Below, piece by piece: positions 20,101-31,347 of a stretch of 64,000 nt of DNA. A model generated the notes under the pieces. It made no database searches, was not told the origin of the DNA, and saw only the letters and a program-made list of their open reading frames with translations. Source of the stretch: Hyaloraphidium curvatum SAG 235-1 (lineage: Eukaryota > Fungi > Monoblepharomycota); the NCBI GenBank assembly GCA_025558095.1, contig JAIVFI010000045.1:1-64000 (forward strand). Reading direction: 5' to 3'. The translations under genes and the position numbers were made by a program. Positions within the stretch are counted from its first letter, which is position 1. Every line of letters starts with the position of its first letter.

Positions 20101-21707
20101 CCCCCTCGGGCAGCACGTCCCCGAACAACCCGTACCCCGCGCGCATCATCCCCCCCGTCACCCACGCCCCGACACCAATCACCCCAGCGGCGGTCCCGCC
20201 GGGCGCCCCGACGGTTGTCAGCCCGGGTCCGTTGTTCCCCGCCGAGGCGAGGAAGGTGGTGTGCGCGTTGGTGAGGGCGCGGAGGAGGGTGGGGATGGCG
20301 CCGAGGGAGGGGAGGGAAGTGGGTTCGCCGTAGGAGAGGTTGGCGACGTCGGTGCGGGATGTGGGGCGGAAGGGGAGGGGGTTGGTGAGGTACGAGACTG
20401 CGATAGGGGTATAGCATGTCATCCGATGTGATTCAGCGGGGAAATGGCGAGATCACGTACTGGCGCGGGTGAGAGCCTGTCCCGTCTCCATGCTGCCGAG
20501 CCTCGTATCCCCGATCTTGAGGCTGACGATCTCGGCGGCCGGCGCGACGCCGTTCTCGCCACTGTCGTCGCTGTGGTAGGCGGCAGTGATGCCGGCGACG
20601 TGGGTGCCGTGGGCGCCGGCCAGGGTGACCAGCGACAACGTGGGCGGGGCTGAGGGAAGGTGCGGCGGGTAGATAGTGATTGATAGGGTGAGGAGGGAGG
20701 GGAGAACCAGGTACTGCTGGGCCACGTGGTACGAGGCGAGGACCGGTTGGTCTGCAGACGGTCAGCGAAGTGGGGCACAGTCACCGCACGGCTCGCAACC
20801 CACCACTGAGGTCCCCGCTCTCTGCGATGTCGACTACGGCGACCCACTTCTCCCCGTCGTCCCACACAACGCAGTCAAATACCGGCCCCGGGTCGTCGAA
20901 CTTGGCCATCATGTCCTTGAGCGCTTCTAGCCGGTCCTTGTAATCCTGCACCCTCTCCGCCTTGGTCAAGCCCTTCCCCACAGCCGCCTCCTTCTCCTTC
21001 TCGGCGTCCTCCTTCTGAGCGTCGAAGTCCGCCAGCTCGGCCGCAACGCGGGTGGCCAGCGCGTGGTGCTGCTTCTCGAAAGCGTCCCGGCGCTCCTTCT
21101 TGCTCTTGGCCACCAGGTTCTGCGGGAACACCTCGTAGCCGCGCTTGTAGCCGACGAAGAAGGTGCCCGAGGGGTTGGACCAGCCCGGGTTGATTTTGAG
21201 CGGGCGGCCGGACGGGCCGGGGAGGGTGCCGTCGTCACCGGGCGTGACGGGGCCCGAGAGCGGCACGTCGCCGCTAGATTCCAGCAAACAGCGCGTTCCA
21301 CCACCGCAGTCGACAGAAGAATATTAAAAAGTCGGAGATCAAGCGGATCTAGTCAGCCCGACCACGAGATGGGGCTCCAACGCGTCCCACCTCCCCGAGC
21401 AGTCCACGACGTCGACCACCTTCTTCCCGCCCCTCGGCCCCTCCCTCATGCCCGCTGCCGCCGGATCCACGCCCGTGTCGAGGATCGCAACGACGACGCC
21501 GCGGCCGTCCGCTTCGCCGGGCATTTTGTGCGCGGCGGTCGGCGTGCGCGGGACCAAATGTGCCGTCGGGAACGCCGGCGGCGCCATCGCGCGGAGCGGG
21601 TCGGGCCGGTCGGTGATCGCGATCGCCGACGCGCCGCGGAGGTGCGAAGCGAGCTGCAGGACGCGCGGCGCGCCGGTCATCCGCCGCGGGAGCGCGGTAA
21701 GCAACAT
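17103..21707 (-). CDS. TPP2: Tripeptidyl-peptidase II (S8), multi-exon
   Basis: Catalytic-triad segments AILDTGVDP, HGTHVAGI and NGTSMSSPN lie in successive exons. KIGDTRLGSMETG, NLSYGE and SAGNNGP are also present. Confidence 0.93.
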
Positions 21708-22021
21708 ACAGTTGCGGACGGCCGATCGGATCGTTGCTTACAATACCTGCCGTTACGCCGCCATACTCGCGGTGCCGGATTGAAGAGTGCGCGTTGCCCT
21801 TGGATAGGCCCCGTGCCGCGCCGGTGCCCCAGGGTGGATGGACGGCGTCCCGACGGCCCCTTCCCCTTCCCCATCCGGATGACTGGAGACACTCGCACTC
21901 GCCCGTTTTACCGTGTGCCGGATGCTGAAGAGCAGTATCGCCGCGTTCCAAAGTGTGATCGTATTCCATGGCATCCGCCTGTACGAAGGCGTTCTCGGAG
22001 CCGGGCCGGAAAGTGCACCCA

Positions 22022-24032
22022 CTAGCCGCCGCCCGCCGCCGCCTCCTTCGCTGCCGCCTTCGCCGCCGCCTTCTCCTCGGCCTTCGCCGCCGCGTTCGCC
22101 CTCCACTTCCCCCCGAACTTCCACACCGCCAGCACCCCCAGCCACCCCAGCAGGTTCAGCACCGCGAAGAAGGTCTGCGTCCACCCGTTGCCCATGGCCG
22201 CGATCATGTACGGCACAAAGATCGGCGCCGAGGCGGAGACGAGGTAGCGGAAGAGGTTGTTGGTGGAGATGATGGACGCCGAGGCCTTTGGGCTTCGCGC
22301 GACGGCGTCAGTCTCCTTCCGACGATGCCAGCTTAGCGGAGAACCCACTAGCAATCCACGAGGTACGTGTTGACGCTCGTGCTCGAGACCATCAGCCCCG
22401 CGCCCAAAAGCACCGTGCCCGATACCGGCACCGCCGGGTGCGCGAGCGCCTGCAGTCCCCACCCGTACAGCAGCAGGCCCGCGGGGAGGAGCACCGCGCC
22501 GAGCCAGGTGGTTCCCAGCCTCGCTTCGGGGGGCGGGGAGCCGCCCGGCGGCGTGGCGCGGTTCATGGTCCGGTCAGAGTACCACCCGCCGAAGAGGGAG
22601 CCGATGACGTTGCCGACCCCCTGCGCGACGTACAGCAGCCCGACCTGCGACTCGGTGAACCCGTAGGCGTTGGACATGGAGCGGCCAAAGAGGGTGGTGA
22701 CCCCGTACAGCGCCAGGAAGATGATGCAGACGTCCAGCACGACGAGGGAGACGTTGGCGTGGCGCAGCTCGAGGAGGTTCGAGGCGAACGAGGGGCGCGG
22801 GCGGGCGCCCTTGGGTCGGCGGAGGGTCTCGGGGAGGACAAAGTAGATGAGGACGAGGAGGATGGCGGAGACGATGGCGACGAAGCCGAAGATCCATCTG
22901 GGGGGTAAACGGGGTCAATCGTGGACGGCGGGGTACACGTCGGGGCCCCACCTCCACCCAGCGTACTGCGCCAGCGTACCCCCGATCACAGGCCCGATGA
23001 CGGGACCAACGAGCGGCCCTGAAGTGATTCATGGGCTCAGGACGTTGCGGGCGGGGCAGACAACCGCCTTGACCCACCCAGGTAAAAGGTCCCCAGCGCT
23101 TTGCCCCTCTCCGCGGCCGGGTAAATGTCCGAGATGCTCCCCGCGCCGATGGACAGCACGCTCGAGGACCCCGCGGCCTGCAGCATCCGGAACGCGAGCA
23201 GCATCCACACGTTGACGGAGCCCGCGCAGGCGGCCGACGAAACGACGAGCAGCGAGAGGGTGAGGAGGTACACCGGTCTTCGGCCGAGGGTGTCCGAGAG
23301 CGGGGCCCAGATGAGGGGGGCGATCCCGAGCACGACGACGAAGAGGGTGACGGTGAGGTTGATGAGCACCTCGGTGGTGCCGAGGTCGTTCTGGATGGTC
23401 TTGAGGGCGGGGAGGTAGATCGTCGTGCAGAGCGGGGCGACGAGGCCGGCGGAGGAGACGACGAGGAGGATGAAGCGCCGGCGGCCGGGGGTGAAGCGCT
23501 GCGCGGCCAGGGAGGCGGAGGAGCCCTTGGCGGAGGAGATGGGTGGGCGGTCGCCCGGGGAGAGGGCGGAGCCGGCAGGCGTGGTGGGGCCGCCCGTCGC
23601 GGGGACGGCCCCGGTGTCGATTTTGAGCGCCGCCGGCGGGCCCATTTCGAGGTCCAGGTCATCATCGTCGGAATCCGAGTCGCTGTACTCGTCGGGCGCC
23701 ACGTCGGCCCCGGCCCCGGCAGCAGTCGCGACGGAAACCGACCCCTCGCTCTTCCTGCGCTCCCTCGGCAGCGAGAACAGGTAGTCCCCGGCCTCGACGG
23801 TGCTCACGATCGACATCCTCCTCCGCGGCCCCGGCGGCACGAACGGCGCCGTGGCGCCCGTCACGGCCGACGGCCTGCGGGAGAGCGGGCGGCCCGCGGC
23901 CGCGGCGGCGGCGGCGGAGAAGCTGACGGCCATCGGCGAGGCGGGCGGTGTGCCGGCCGGCGCGGAAGGAGGCGGGGCGGCGGGAGGCGCGGGAGAGGGC
24001 GACGCCGGCTGCGGTGGCTTCGCGTCCTCCAT
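22022..24032 (-). CDS. MFS transporter (DHA1 drug:H+ antiporter-like), multi-exon
   Basis: [40 protein letters not shown] and PEARL. Confidence 0.9.
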
Positions 24033-24351
24033 CTTTCTCCGCCCGCGGCAGGAGGGCCAAGGGGGTGTTTCCGGGCTCCGGGAAGCAAACTACGGGCAAG
24101 CCACCGCGGTCTCCCGCGCCATGAAAGGCCCGACAGCCCGCGGATGATTTGCAGAGAGTGAGAATGGGCGTCGGAACAACAGCCGACGCCGCGGTGTTTT
24201 GGCGCGTCCTAAATGGCGTCGCCTAGTTGCGCTCCTTAGCGGGGCTAAACGGCGAAGCTCCGCCCCGCCGGCGGCGCTTCTCCACCGCGCTCCCCGAAAA
24301 GGAGCTTCCCATTCCGCCCGAAAGACCTCCTCGTACCCTGCGCGTCCCCCG

Positions 24352-24841
24352 ATGGACCACCTGTCGCACCCCCGCTTCTCGGACCCCGTCGATCCCGCCG
24401 TCGCACGTGCCTCCCCGCCCCTGGACCCCTCCCTCGCGCGCACGGTGCTCGACTACGTCAATTCCGAGCCGCGCATGGAACCTTTCCTCCTGGACTGGGT
24501 GCAGATGTTCACCGACGGCGATTGGGCGTCGCAGGCCGAGGCCGTCGAGGTCAACGAGGGGTACCTGCTGCTGAGGACGAAAAAGCCGGTGAACGAGTGG
24601 AACGAGCCGGCGGCGGAGGGGGAGGGCGTCGGGGAGGTGGCGGTGCCGTTTCCTAGACCAGGTGCGCGGTGGCCGGGGCCTCGTTGCGGCGGCGCGTTCT
24701 GATCTGCATTCCACCTTGCCCCGTGTTCAAGTCAAATCGCTCGCCGACGCCAGGCGCAGCCTGAAGGAGCTCATGGACATGGCCTCCTCGCGGCCGCAGC
24801 CTCAGGGATTCCTGGTCTCGCAGAAGCGCGATTCGCGGTGA
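24352..24841 (+). CDS. DUF2470-like small protein, one intron about 24662-24731
   Basis: The spliced product reads VAVPFPRP|VKSLADARRSLKELMDMA, a DUF2470-like C-terminus. Confidence 0.55.
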
Positions 24842-25401
24842 CCCCCGCGGAAGGGGCGGTGGATGGGGCCGCTCCTGGGTGGTTCTGTCGCCGGAGCTCG
24901 GACGTGGGATTAGGTTGGCGTTGCTTGCGGACGTGGATTGATGTTGCTGGTGTTTGCCGTGGTCGGAGACCAGTCTATTGCGCCGTGACCTCGTCGTTGC
25001 TTTGCTAGACCTGCCGTCCGAGCCCAGCGCCCCCCTCCATACGTTTGACACAATGGTTGCCGCCGTGCACTGCCTGGACCCGGGGTTTAAATGGTTTCGG
25101 CCCCGCCGTGCGGCACGCTCCTGGGAAATCGGCTCGCGGGGCCCACTTCAGACCCTAGCACACCCCTTCGTTTCCCGCATCCCGCGCTCCCGGAACCGGG
25201 CAACTGCGGCCAGAACATCACCCTACAGCACTTGCGAGCCGCATCCACCGATCGGGAGCCCCACGCGGCCGTCGGACGGCTTCCGGCGTGTCCCTCCCTA
25301 GGGAACCGGCCGAAGGCTGGGGAGGGACGTGCCGCTCCGGAGCCGCCCGGTGACACATCCCCCTCCCTAAACGCAGTATGGCGACGACCGCACGGAGAGC
25401 G

Positions 25402-26833
25402 ATGGGAAGGCGCGCCGCACGGCTTCTCGCCGCGGCGCTGCTCGCGGCGCTGCCCTTCGGCGCCGCCGCGGGCGACCGCAGCTGGCCCGCGCGCACCGCG
25501 GTGTCCGCGGCCGGCGGGCCGGTTCCGCACGGCCGCAATTCTTGGAAACAGTGCGCCGTGATGACAGTGCGGAATCCCGAGGGGATGGCAGCGGGGCGGT
25601 GGGCGGGCGCGCTGGCGGTGCGCGGCGGGGCGCTGCTGTCTGCCACGGGCGTGCAGCACACGGAGGAGGCCGCAAGCGGGAGATATCGGCTGAGGCAGGG
25701 CGATGGGACGCCCGACGTCGTGCCGGGCGGCGAGGACGCGGTCGAGTTCTGCGTGGCCTACGCCTCCTCGTGGTCCGCGACCGCCGACATCTCGTTCGAG
25801 CTCTCCTCGGAGGACGAGGACCTGTTCGTCGAGGTGCAGCCCGGCGGCGCGGGCAGGATGCTCATGAAGCGGCAGACGGCGTACGGGCCGGGGATGTTTG
25901 TCTCGGACTACTCGACCGGGCAGGTACGAGGAGCGGCTCCCAATTGCTTGGGCAGGGCCAGCCTAACCCCCCCTTTCTCAGTGCCGCTGCAAAGCCATGG
26001 GAGGCGGCGTCCCGCCCCCCGTGCAGGACGTTCCCCCGGCGAACGTGCAGGCGTCGACGATCGTGCGGACCTCAACGGCAACATCCACCGTGGCGGCCAC
26101 ATCCACCCAAGCATTCTCCACCTCGGTCACCTCGGCCACCGCCACCGCCACCCGCACTCCCTCCACCACATCTCGCACGCAATCCACCACATCCCTCACC
26201 ACCGCCGCCCCCTCCTCCACCCCAACCCTGATAGCCTCGGAGGGCTTCGACTACAACGACTGGAACGTCGCCGGCCGCGCCGGCGGCACCGGCTGGCAAG
26301 CGGCCTGGTACGCCAGCTCGGTGCACTTCACCTCCCTCGGCGTCACCTCCGGTGCGCTGTACTATGCCGGCAGCGCGTCGACGATCCGCGCCTCCTCGCG
26401 GATGCTTTCCACCCCCGTCAACGCGACGCGGTGCCGGCGCGCCTTCGTGCAATTCGAGTGCCAGTTTGGCACGCAGAACGGGTACGGCACGCCGACCTTC
26501 AGGCTCGTCAACGGCACGCACAACGTCGTGTCGGTGGGGAACAACGGCTACGGCGCGGCCAACTACGGCCTGCTCAACACCAACCTGGAGAGCGTCGCGC
26601 TGAGCAGCGTGCCGTTCAGCAACCGGCGGTGGGTGCTGGTCGAGCTGGACTACGCGGGGTCGGCGACGCGCATGTACCTCTCGGAGAGCGAGCAGGGGGT
26701 GGACCCGCCCCCGGCGGCGGCGGGCGCGGCGGCGAGCTTGGGCTACGCCCCCACGTTCGCCGGGTTCGACATCGTGGTGAGGGAGCTGGGGAGGCTGGAC
26801 AACATCAAGGTGTACTGCGAGCCCAACTCGTGA
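25402..26833 (+). CDS. Secreted protein with Thr/Ser-rich linker and C-terminal beta-sandwich-like domain; intron about 25924-25981
   Basis: Signal peptide MGRRAARLLAAALLAALPFGAAAG, followed by ORF 25997..26833 with an S/T linker. Confidence 0.7.
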
Positions 26834-26914
26834 GCGCGAGGGCGGGGTGGAGTGCGCGGGAAGCAATAGATTGCAAACACCGGGAAGCACACACAGGGCC
26901 GGTCCGGCAACCCA

Positions 26915-27997
26915 TTAGTGATCGATCCACAGCACGTTGGGCAGCGACCGCCAGAACGCCTCCTCCTCCGCGCCCTCGGGGGACCGCCACGGGTCGGGCC
27001 CCCACAGCGGGCTGTGCCGCAGCTTCTCGAACAGCACCCGCGGGAACTTCCCCGGATCGAGCGCCTCTCGGACGCGGGGAAAGTCGGCGGGCGCAACGGA
27101 CGGCCGCATGCCCAGCAGCCGCAGCTCGCCCACCCCCCGCTTCAGCCCCCCCGCGTCGAGCACCGCCGCGGTCGGCTGGAACCCCACCTCCACCCTCTCC
27201 AGGCGGGTGAACTTGGCCGCCGCCGTCCACGCCCGCGCATCGCACCCCGTCAGCTCCAGCTCCCGCAGGCTCCCCTCGGGCAGCGCGTCCAGCACGCGGA
27301 GCTGCACGGCGCCCAGCGCGATCCTCCTCAGCTTCGATGCGGCCCGGGGGTACCGCGCGAAATCGGGGAGCTCCGCCGCCAGCGACAGGAGGTGCAGCGC
27401 GTCCAAACCGGCGGCCCGCTCGAGCATGGCGTAGGTCAGGTCCACGTGCGCGCGGGTGTCGACCTCCACGCCCAGGGGGTTGCAGCTCAGCCGGACGTCC
27501 GTGACGGAGGGCGGCAGGTCCAGGTCGCGGAAGGGCGCGCAGGCGTCGCGGTACAGGTACAGCTCCAGGCGGGTGACCGAGGCGGGGATCAGGGGCCAGG
27601 CGGCGCGGGTGTAGGAGGCGGCGGCGGAGCCGAGGAGGAGGTGCGTGCAGGCGGTGCATTTCGGCAGCAGGCGCTTGAGCACGGCGAGGGGCACGCGCTC
27701 GAACACCTCCAGGGTTTTGACGAGGGAGAACTTGTTCCAGAACGTGTTTGGCACGCGGTCGGCCAGGAAGGCCCTCAAGAGGGCATCTCCGTTGCGCTGC
27801 TCGAACCAGTCCAGGGACAGCCGGCGCAGCAGCTCCGGCAGGCCCAACAGATAGCAATCGCGGGAGCACCGCAGGAAACGGGCCAACGTGGCGCGGTTGC
27901 CCGTCTTCGCGAGAAGGGCCGCGATTGCGGAAAGCAGTTCCGGAGGCAGCAACGGGCCAGCGGCGCGGCGTGCTTGCCGAGCGCTGCGGCGGGTCAT
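26915..27997 (-). CDS. F-box-like/LRR protein
   Basis: LLPPELLSAIA followed by LxxLxL repeats. Confidence 0.75.
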   Translation of the reverse strand: MTRRSARQARRAAGPLLPPELLSAIAALLAKTGNRATLARFLRCSRDCYLLGLPELLRRLSLDWFEQRNGDALLRAFLADRVPNTFWNKFSLVKTLEVFERVPLAVLKRLLPKCTACTHLLLGSAAASYTRAAWPLIPASVTRLELYLYRDACAPFRDLDLPPSVTDVRLSCNPLGVEVDTRAHVDLTYAMLERAAGLDALHLLSLAAELPDFARYPRAASKLRRIALGAVQLRVLDALPEGSLRELELTGCDARAWTAAAKFTRLERVEVGFQPTAAVLDAGGLKRGVGELRLLGMRPSVAPADFPRVREALDPGKFPRVLFEKLRHSPLWGPDPWRSPEGAEEEAFWRSLPNVLWIDH

Positions 27998-28102
27998 AGC
28001 TGCCGGCAACTTGAACGGAACGAAAAAGCTTCGCTGCCGCGGTGAAGAGGTCGCGGTCGGCTGCCGAAGTCGCCGAAGGGTTTGGTCGCAGGAGGCGTAA
28101 AC

Positions 28103-28372
28103 ATGCCTTCCGAGCCGTGCAGCCGGAGCCGTAGGAAGCAACCACTGCCGGAGCTTTCTGGAGCAGGGGAGTCCGCAGAGGAGCCCGATGGGCCCGTAGT
28201 GCCCCCCGAACTGCTCCTCCTCATCGGGAAGCGCCTCTCTCCGGGCTCGCGGACACTGGTCACGCTGGCCTCGTCGTCGCGCGCCGCCTACCTCCTCCTC
28301 GTACCCCTCCTGGTGCACGGGGAGGATGCAGTGGGCGAGGGCGAAGACGAACAAGGCGTCCTTGATCTCTGA
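28103..28372 (+). pseudogene. Truncated F-box-like gene fragment
   Basis: VVPPELLLLIG...TLVTLASSSRAAYLLLVPLL, then an unrelated tail and a stop. There is no LRR region. Confidence 0.55.
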
Positions 28373-28421
28373 CAGGAGCGCGAATTTGGATTAAAGCGAC
28401 ATGGAATCTACCATAGTGACT

Positions 28422-30728
28422 TCACGACACCGTCTGGCGGCCATTCCGAGCAAGGTCCCACTGCTCCAGCAGCAGCGTGAGCGAGAAGCTCTGCTCGGCG
28501 GCCGTCGTAACGCTGGCCTCCTCCTCTTGCTCGTCCGCCGTCTCGTCCCCTTCCTCCTCGTCCTCGTCCGGTGCCAGGAACGACCTCGCGTACTCGCCCT
28601 TGGCGAACGTCTCGCCCACCTCGTCCTCGTCCGAAAATACCACCCTCCGCCTGGCATCCGACCCCCTCCTGACGTCCAGGTGCCCCGGCATCCCCGGCAT
28701 CAGCTCCAGCTCCCCCTCCTCGCCATCGGGGGCCGGCTGCGAAGCGCATGTCCAGCACCGCCCGCCCGGGTTCCCGTGCGGGCAGTCCGCCGGCGTCTTG
28801 CGGGCGATGAGGAGCATCTTGGCTTCGCGGCGCGAGACCGTCTGCCGCTCGCCCTCGAGGAGGTCCCGCAGCAGCAGGCGCACGGGCTCGACCTCGGGGC
28901 GGTCGCCGGCGGCCAGCACGTCCAGGCACGCGCGGGCCGTGTGCTCGAGGGCGCGGTGGAGCTCGCCCAGGCGGGCAAAGTCCGCGCTGTGGGTGTCGGG
29001 GGCGACTGGGAAGCGGCGGAGGACAAAGATGGAGAACCAGGCGGCGGAAACGATGGCGCGGTCGACGTGGGGGACGATCCGCGCGCGCGCGATTACGGGG
29101 AGGGGGAAGGAGGCGACCAGCGCCCGGGCCATGGCGCCGAGGGAGAAGGCGCTGGAGCAGGCCTCGGCAAACGCGGAGGACCGCATCCAGGCGACGGTCG
29201 TCCGTTCGTCCTGGGTAACCTGGGATCCAACCTCGCTCTCCGAGTCCAGACTGATTACCGAGGGCGGGTGCGCCCCGCGTCGCCGGCGCGTGCGCCCCGG
29301 TGAACGTTTCGCACCCTCGACCAGGTCCGAAAAGGGCTCAGGCGAGACCAACAGCAGTTCCGTCCGCTTCATGAACCCGAGCACGGAAACGACGTCGATC
29401 AGGAACGGATCAGGAGACAGCGGGAACAGGACCCGCAGGGCAGACACGTCGAATCCGGCGTCCACGACGGCGCGCAATCTCGGGTCCAAGGACGTCCAAA
29501 TGGCCTCCTTTGCCCTGCGCAGGTGGTCGCGTTTGGCTTGGAAGGACGCCGACGACGGATGGTCCAGCACGTCGATTGCCCGCTGGGCACCCAGCCCTGC
29601 GCGGCCGGCGAGGAGGTCGTCGGCCAGCGCCAAATCCGCGAAGGAAAACCCCGCCACGTCCAGCTCGGCGCCAAGCGCACCCACGTGGTACGACAGAGTG
29701 TGAACCATGAAAGCAAGCGGGCCGTAGCCGGCCGTAACGACGTCGCCCACGAGCAGCGAGAGGCGCGCGGCAAGTTCGTCCGGAGCCGGCTGCGGCAGGA
29801 AGTCCGGGTCGAGGAAGCCGTAGCATTGGCCCATGTTCAGGCCGTGAAAGACGTCGTACAGGTCATCCGGCACCAACGCATTGGGTGGCCGCTTCGAGGG
29901 CGGGGGCAGCATCGACGTGCGCAGTATAGGCGCCCTGAGGCGCACCTCGGGCATCTCGCGCGGCATGTTGAACACGGTGGGCCTGTGGTTCAGGGTGGCG
30001 TGCGCCAGGTCGACAAACACGTCTCCGAGGAAGATGTCGATGTGCAATTGTGTCCATAGCCAATCGTCAAGTGTATGAGGGAGCGGCGAAGAGGTGAGGG
30101 CCGCTGCAGGCAGCCCAGAGGCCCTGAAGACGTCTGCCGCGTGGCGGAGCAGCCTGAGGACGGTCGGTTGGGAGCCGGCCTCGTAGTCCGCGGCCGAGGC
30201 GGCAAAGTTGAGGCCGTAGTGCAGCGCCAGCGTGGCCGGCGTGCCTGGTCCATGGCCCGTGTCGTGTGGGCTCACAGATGACAGATGTGGGCTCACGGAT
30301 GACGACAGATCCCCAGAGGCCGCACCCGAAACCGACGAGCCTCGGCCCCGGCCCGCCGAGGAGCCGAAGCTGCCCGTCCGTGACACCCCCGGCACTCCCT
30401 CCCCGTACGTGTGCCAGAAGTCCTTGAGCGAGGCCGCCAGGGCCGCTGTGCACTCGGCCTCCAGCACCTTGGTCTTGGCGGCGAGCTCCGGCACGTCGTC
30501 CGTCCCCAGGTGGGCGGCCCGGCCCAACTGAAACCGGCTGCCGATCCACCGCATCGCCGACACCACCGGCGGCGCGTGCGCGAGCGCGGCCCACCGCGGG
30601 TCGCCGCGGAACCCCGGCCGCCGCGCCTCCCAGAACGCCGCCCGCGGGAACATCGTGATGGCCACAGGCACCATTTCGAAGAATGTGGCAATCAGCGGGT
30701 CATTTCCCGCGTCGCCCTGGTCCGCCAT
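28422..30728 (-). CDS. Large protein, divergent fungal transcription-factor middle-domain-like
   Basis: Long ORF with host-like codon use. PLIATFFEMVP and LDDWLW are reminiscent of Fungal_trans domains, and the C-terminus is acidic. Confidence 0.6.
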   Translation of the reverse strand: MADQGDAGNDPLIATFFEMVPVAITMFPRAAFWEARRPGFRGDPRWAALAHAPPVVSAMRWIGSRFQLGRAAHLGTDDVPELAAKTKVLEAECTAALAASLKDFWHTYGEGVPGVSRTGSFGSSAGRGRGSSVSGAASGDLSSSVSPHLSSVSPHDTGHGPGTPATLALHYGLNFAASAADYEAGSQPTVLRLLRHAADVFRASGLPAAALTSSPLPHTLDDWLWTQLHIDIFLGDVFVDLAHATLNHRPTVFNMPREMPEVRLRAPILRTSMLPPPSKRPPNALVPDDLYDVFHGLNMGQCYGFLDPDFLPQPAPDELAARLSLLVGDVVTAGYGPLAFMVHTLSYHVGALGAELDVAGFSFADLALADDLLAGRAGLGAQRAIDVLDHPSSASFQAKRDHLRRAKEAIWTSLDPRLRAVVDAGFDVSALRVLFPLSPDPFLIDVVSVLGFMKRTELLLVSPEPFSDLVEGAKRSPGRTRRRRGAHPPSVISLDSESEVGSQVTQDERTTVAWMRSSAFAEACSSAFSLGAMARALVASFPLPVIARARIVPHVDRAIVSAAWFSIFVLRRFPVAPDTHSADFARLGELHRALEHTARACLDVLAAGDRPEVEPVRLLLRDLLEGERQTVSRREAKMLLIARKTPADCPHGNPGGRCWTCASQPAPDGEEGELELMPGMPGHLDVRRGSDARRRVVFSDEDEVGETFAKGEYARSFLAPDEDEEEGDETADEQEEEASVTTAAEQSFSLTLLLEQWDLARNGRQTVS

Positions 30729-31347
30729 CGCGGTCGCCGGGCGCGGGACGCGAGGTCGCTCAGAAAAGTCGCTGCGGCACCCTGTATCGTCCGGCCCCGC
30801 TCGGGCGTCATTGCGAATCCCTCGAATCCCACACACAGCCATCGATGAAGTGCCCGTCCAATCCGAAAGTGAGCTGGAACTGCAGACCGATGCAGTAGTT
30901 ATCCGGCGGTGATCCCCCCTTTCGTGTCCGAGCGCGGGAAGCACGTTGCTTGAAGGCGACCCGCTGACCGATCGTCTCCAAGGGGAGCATGCACGATCTT
31001 CAACAACTCTATTCTTAGCTCGGATTCGACCCACAGTTCTTTGCCCTTCATCCGAGTTTTGAGAGCATGCTGATGGTCGTGGTGAGGCCTCGCCGGACCA
31101 CGGAATGTCAAAGACCAATCCCAAAAGACGGCTCTTGAAAAGCGCGCCAAATCAGTCGCCACCCGGTGCAGACACTTCGGGGGATGGTCGCTCGCTTTGC
31201 CCTTTCGTTTCCTTCGTCGGAGCTGGGGGCCCAGCTGGCCGACCCGCTGCGCCACCGATCCTCATTCGCCCGCTTTTTCCCGATGCCCCCGATGCCGCCT
31301 AGATAGCCGTCGTTTCCCCCTTCAGCCCCTGCCGTCCTGTCTCCACA

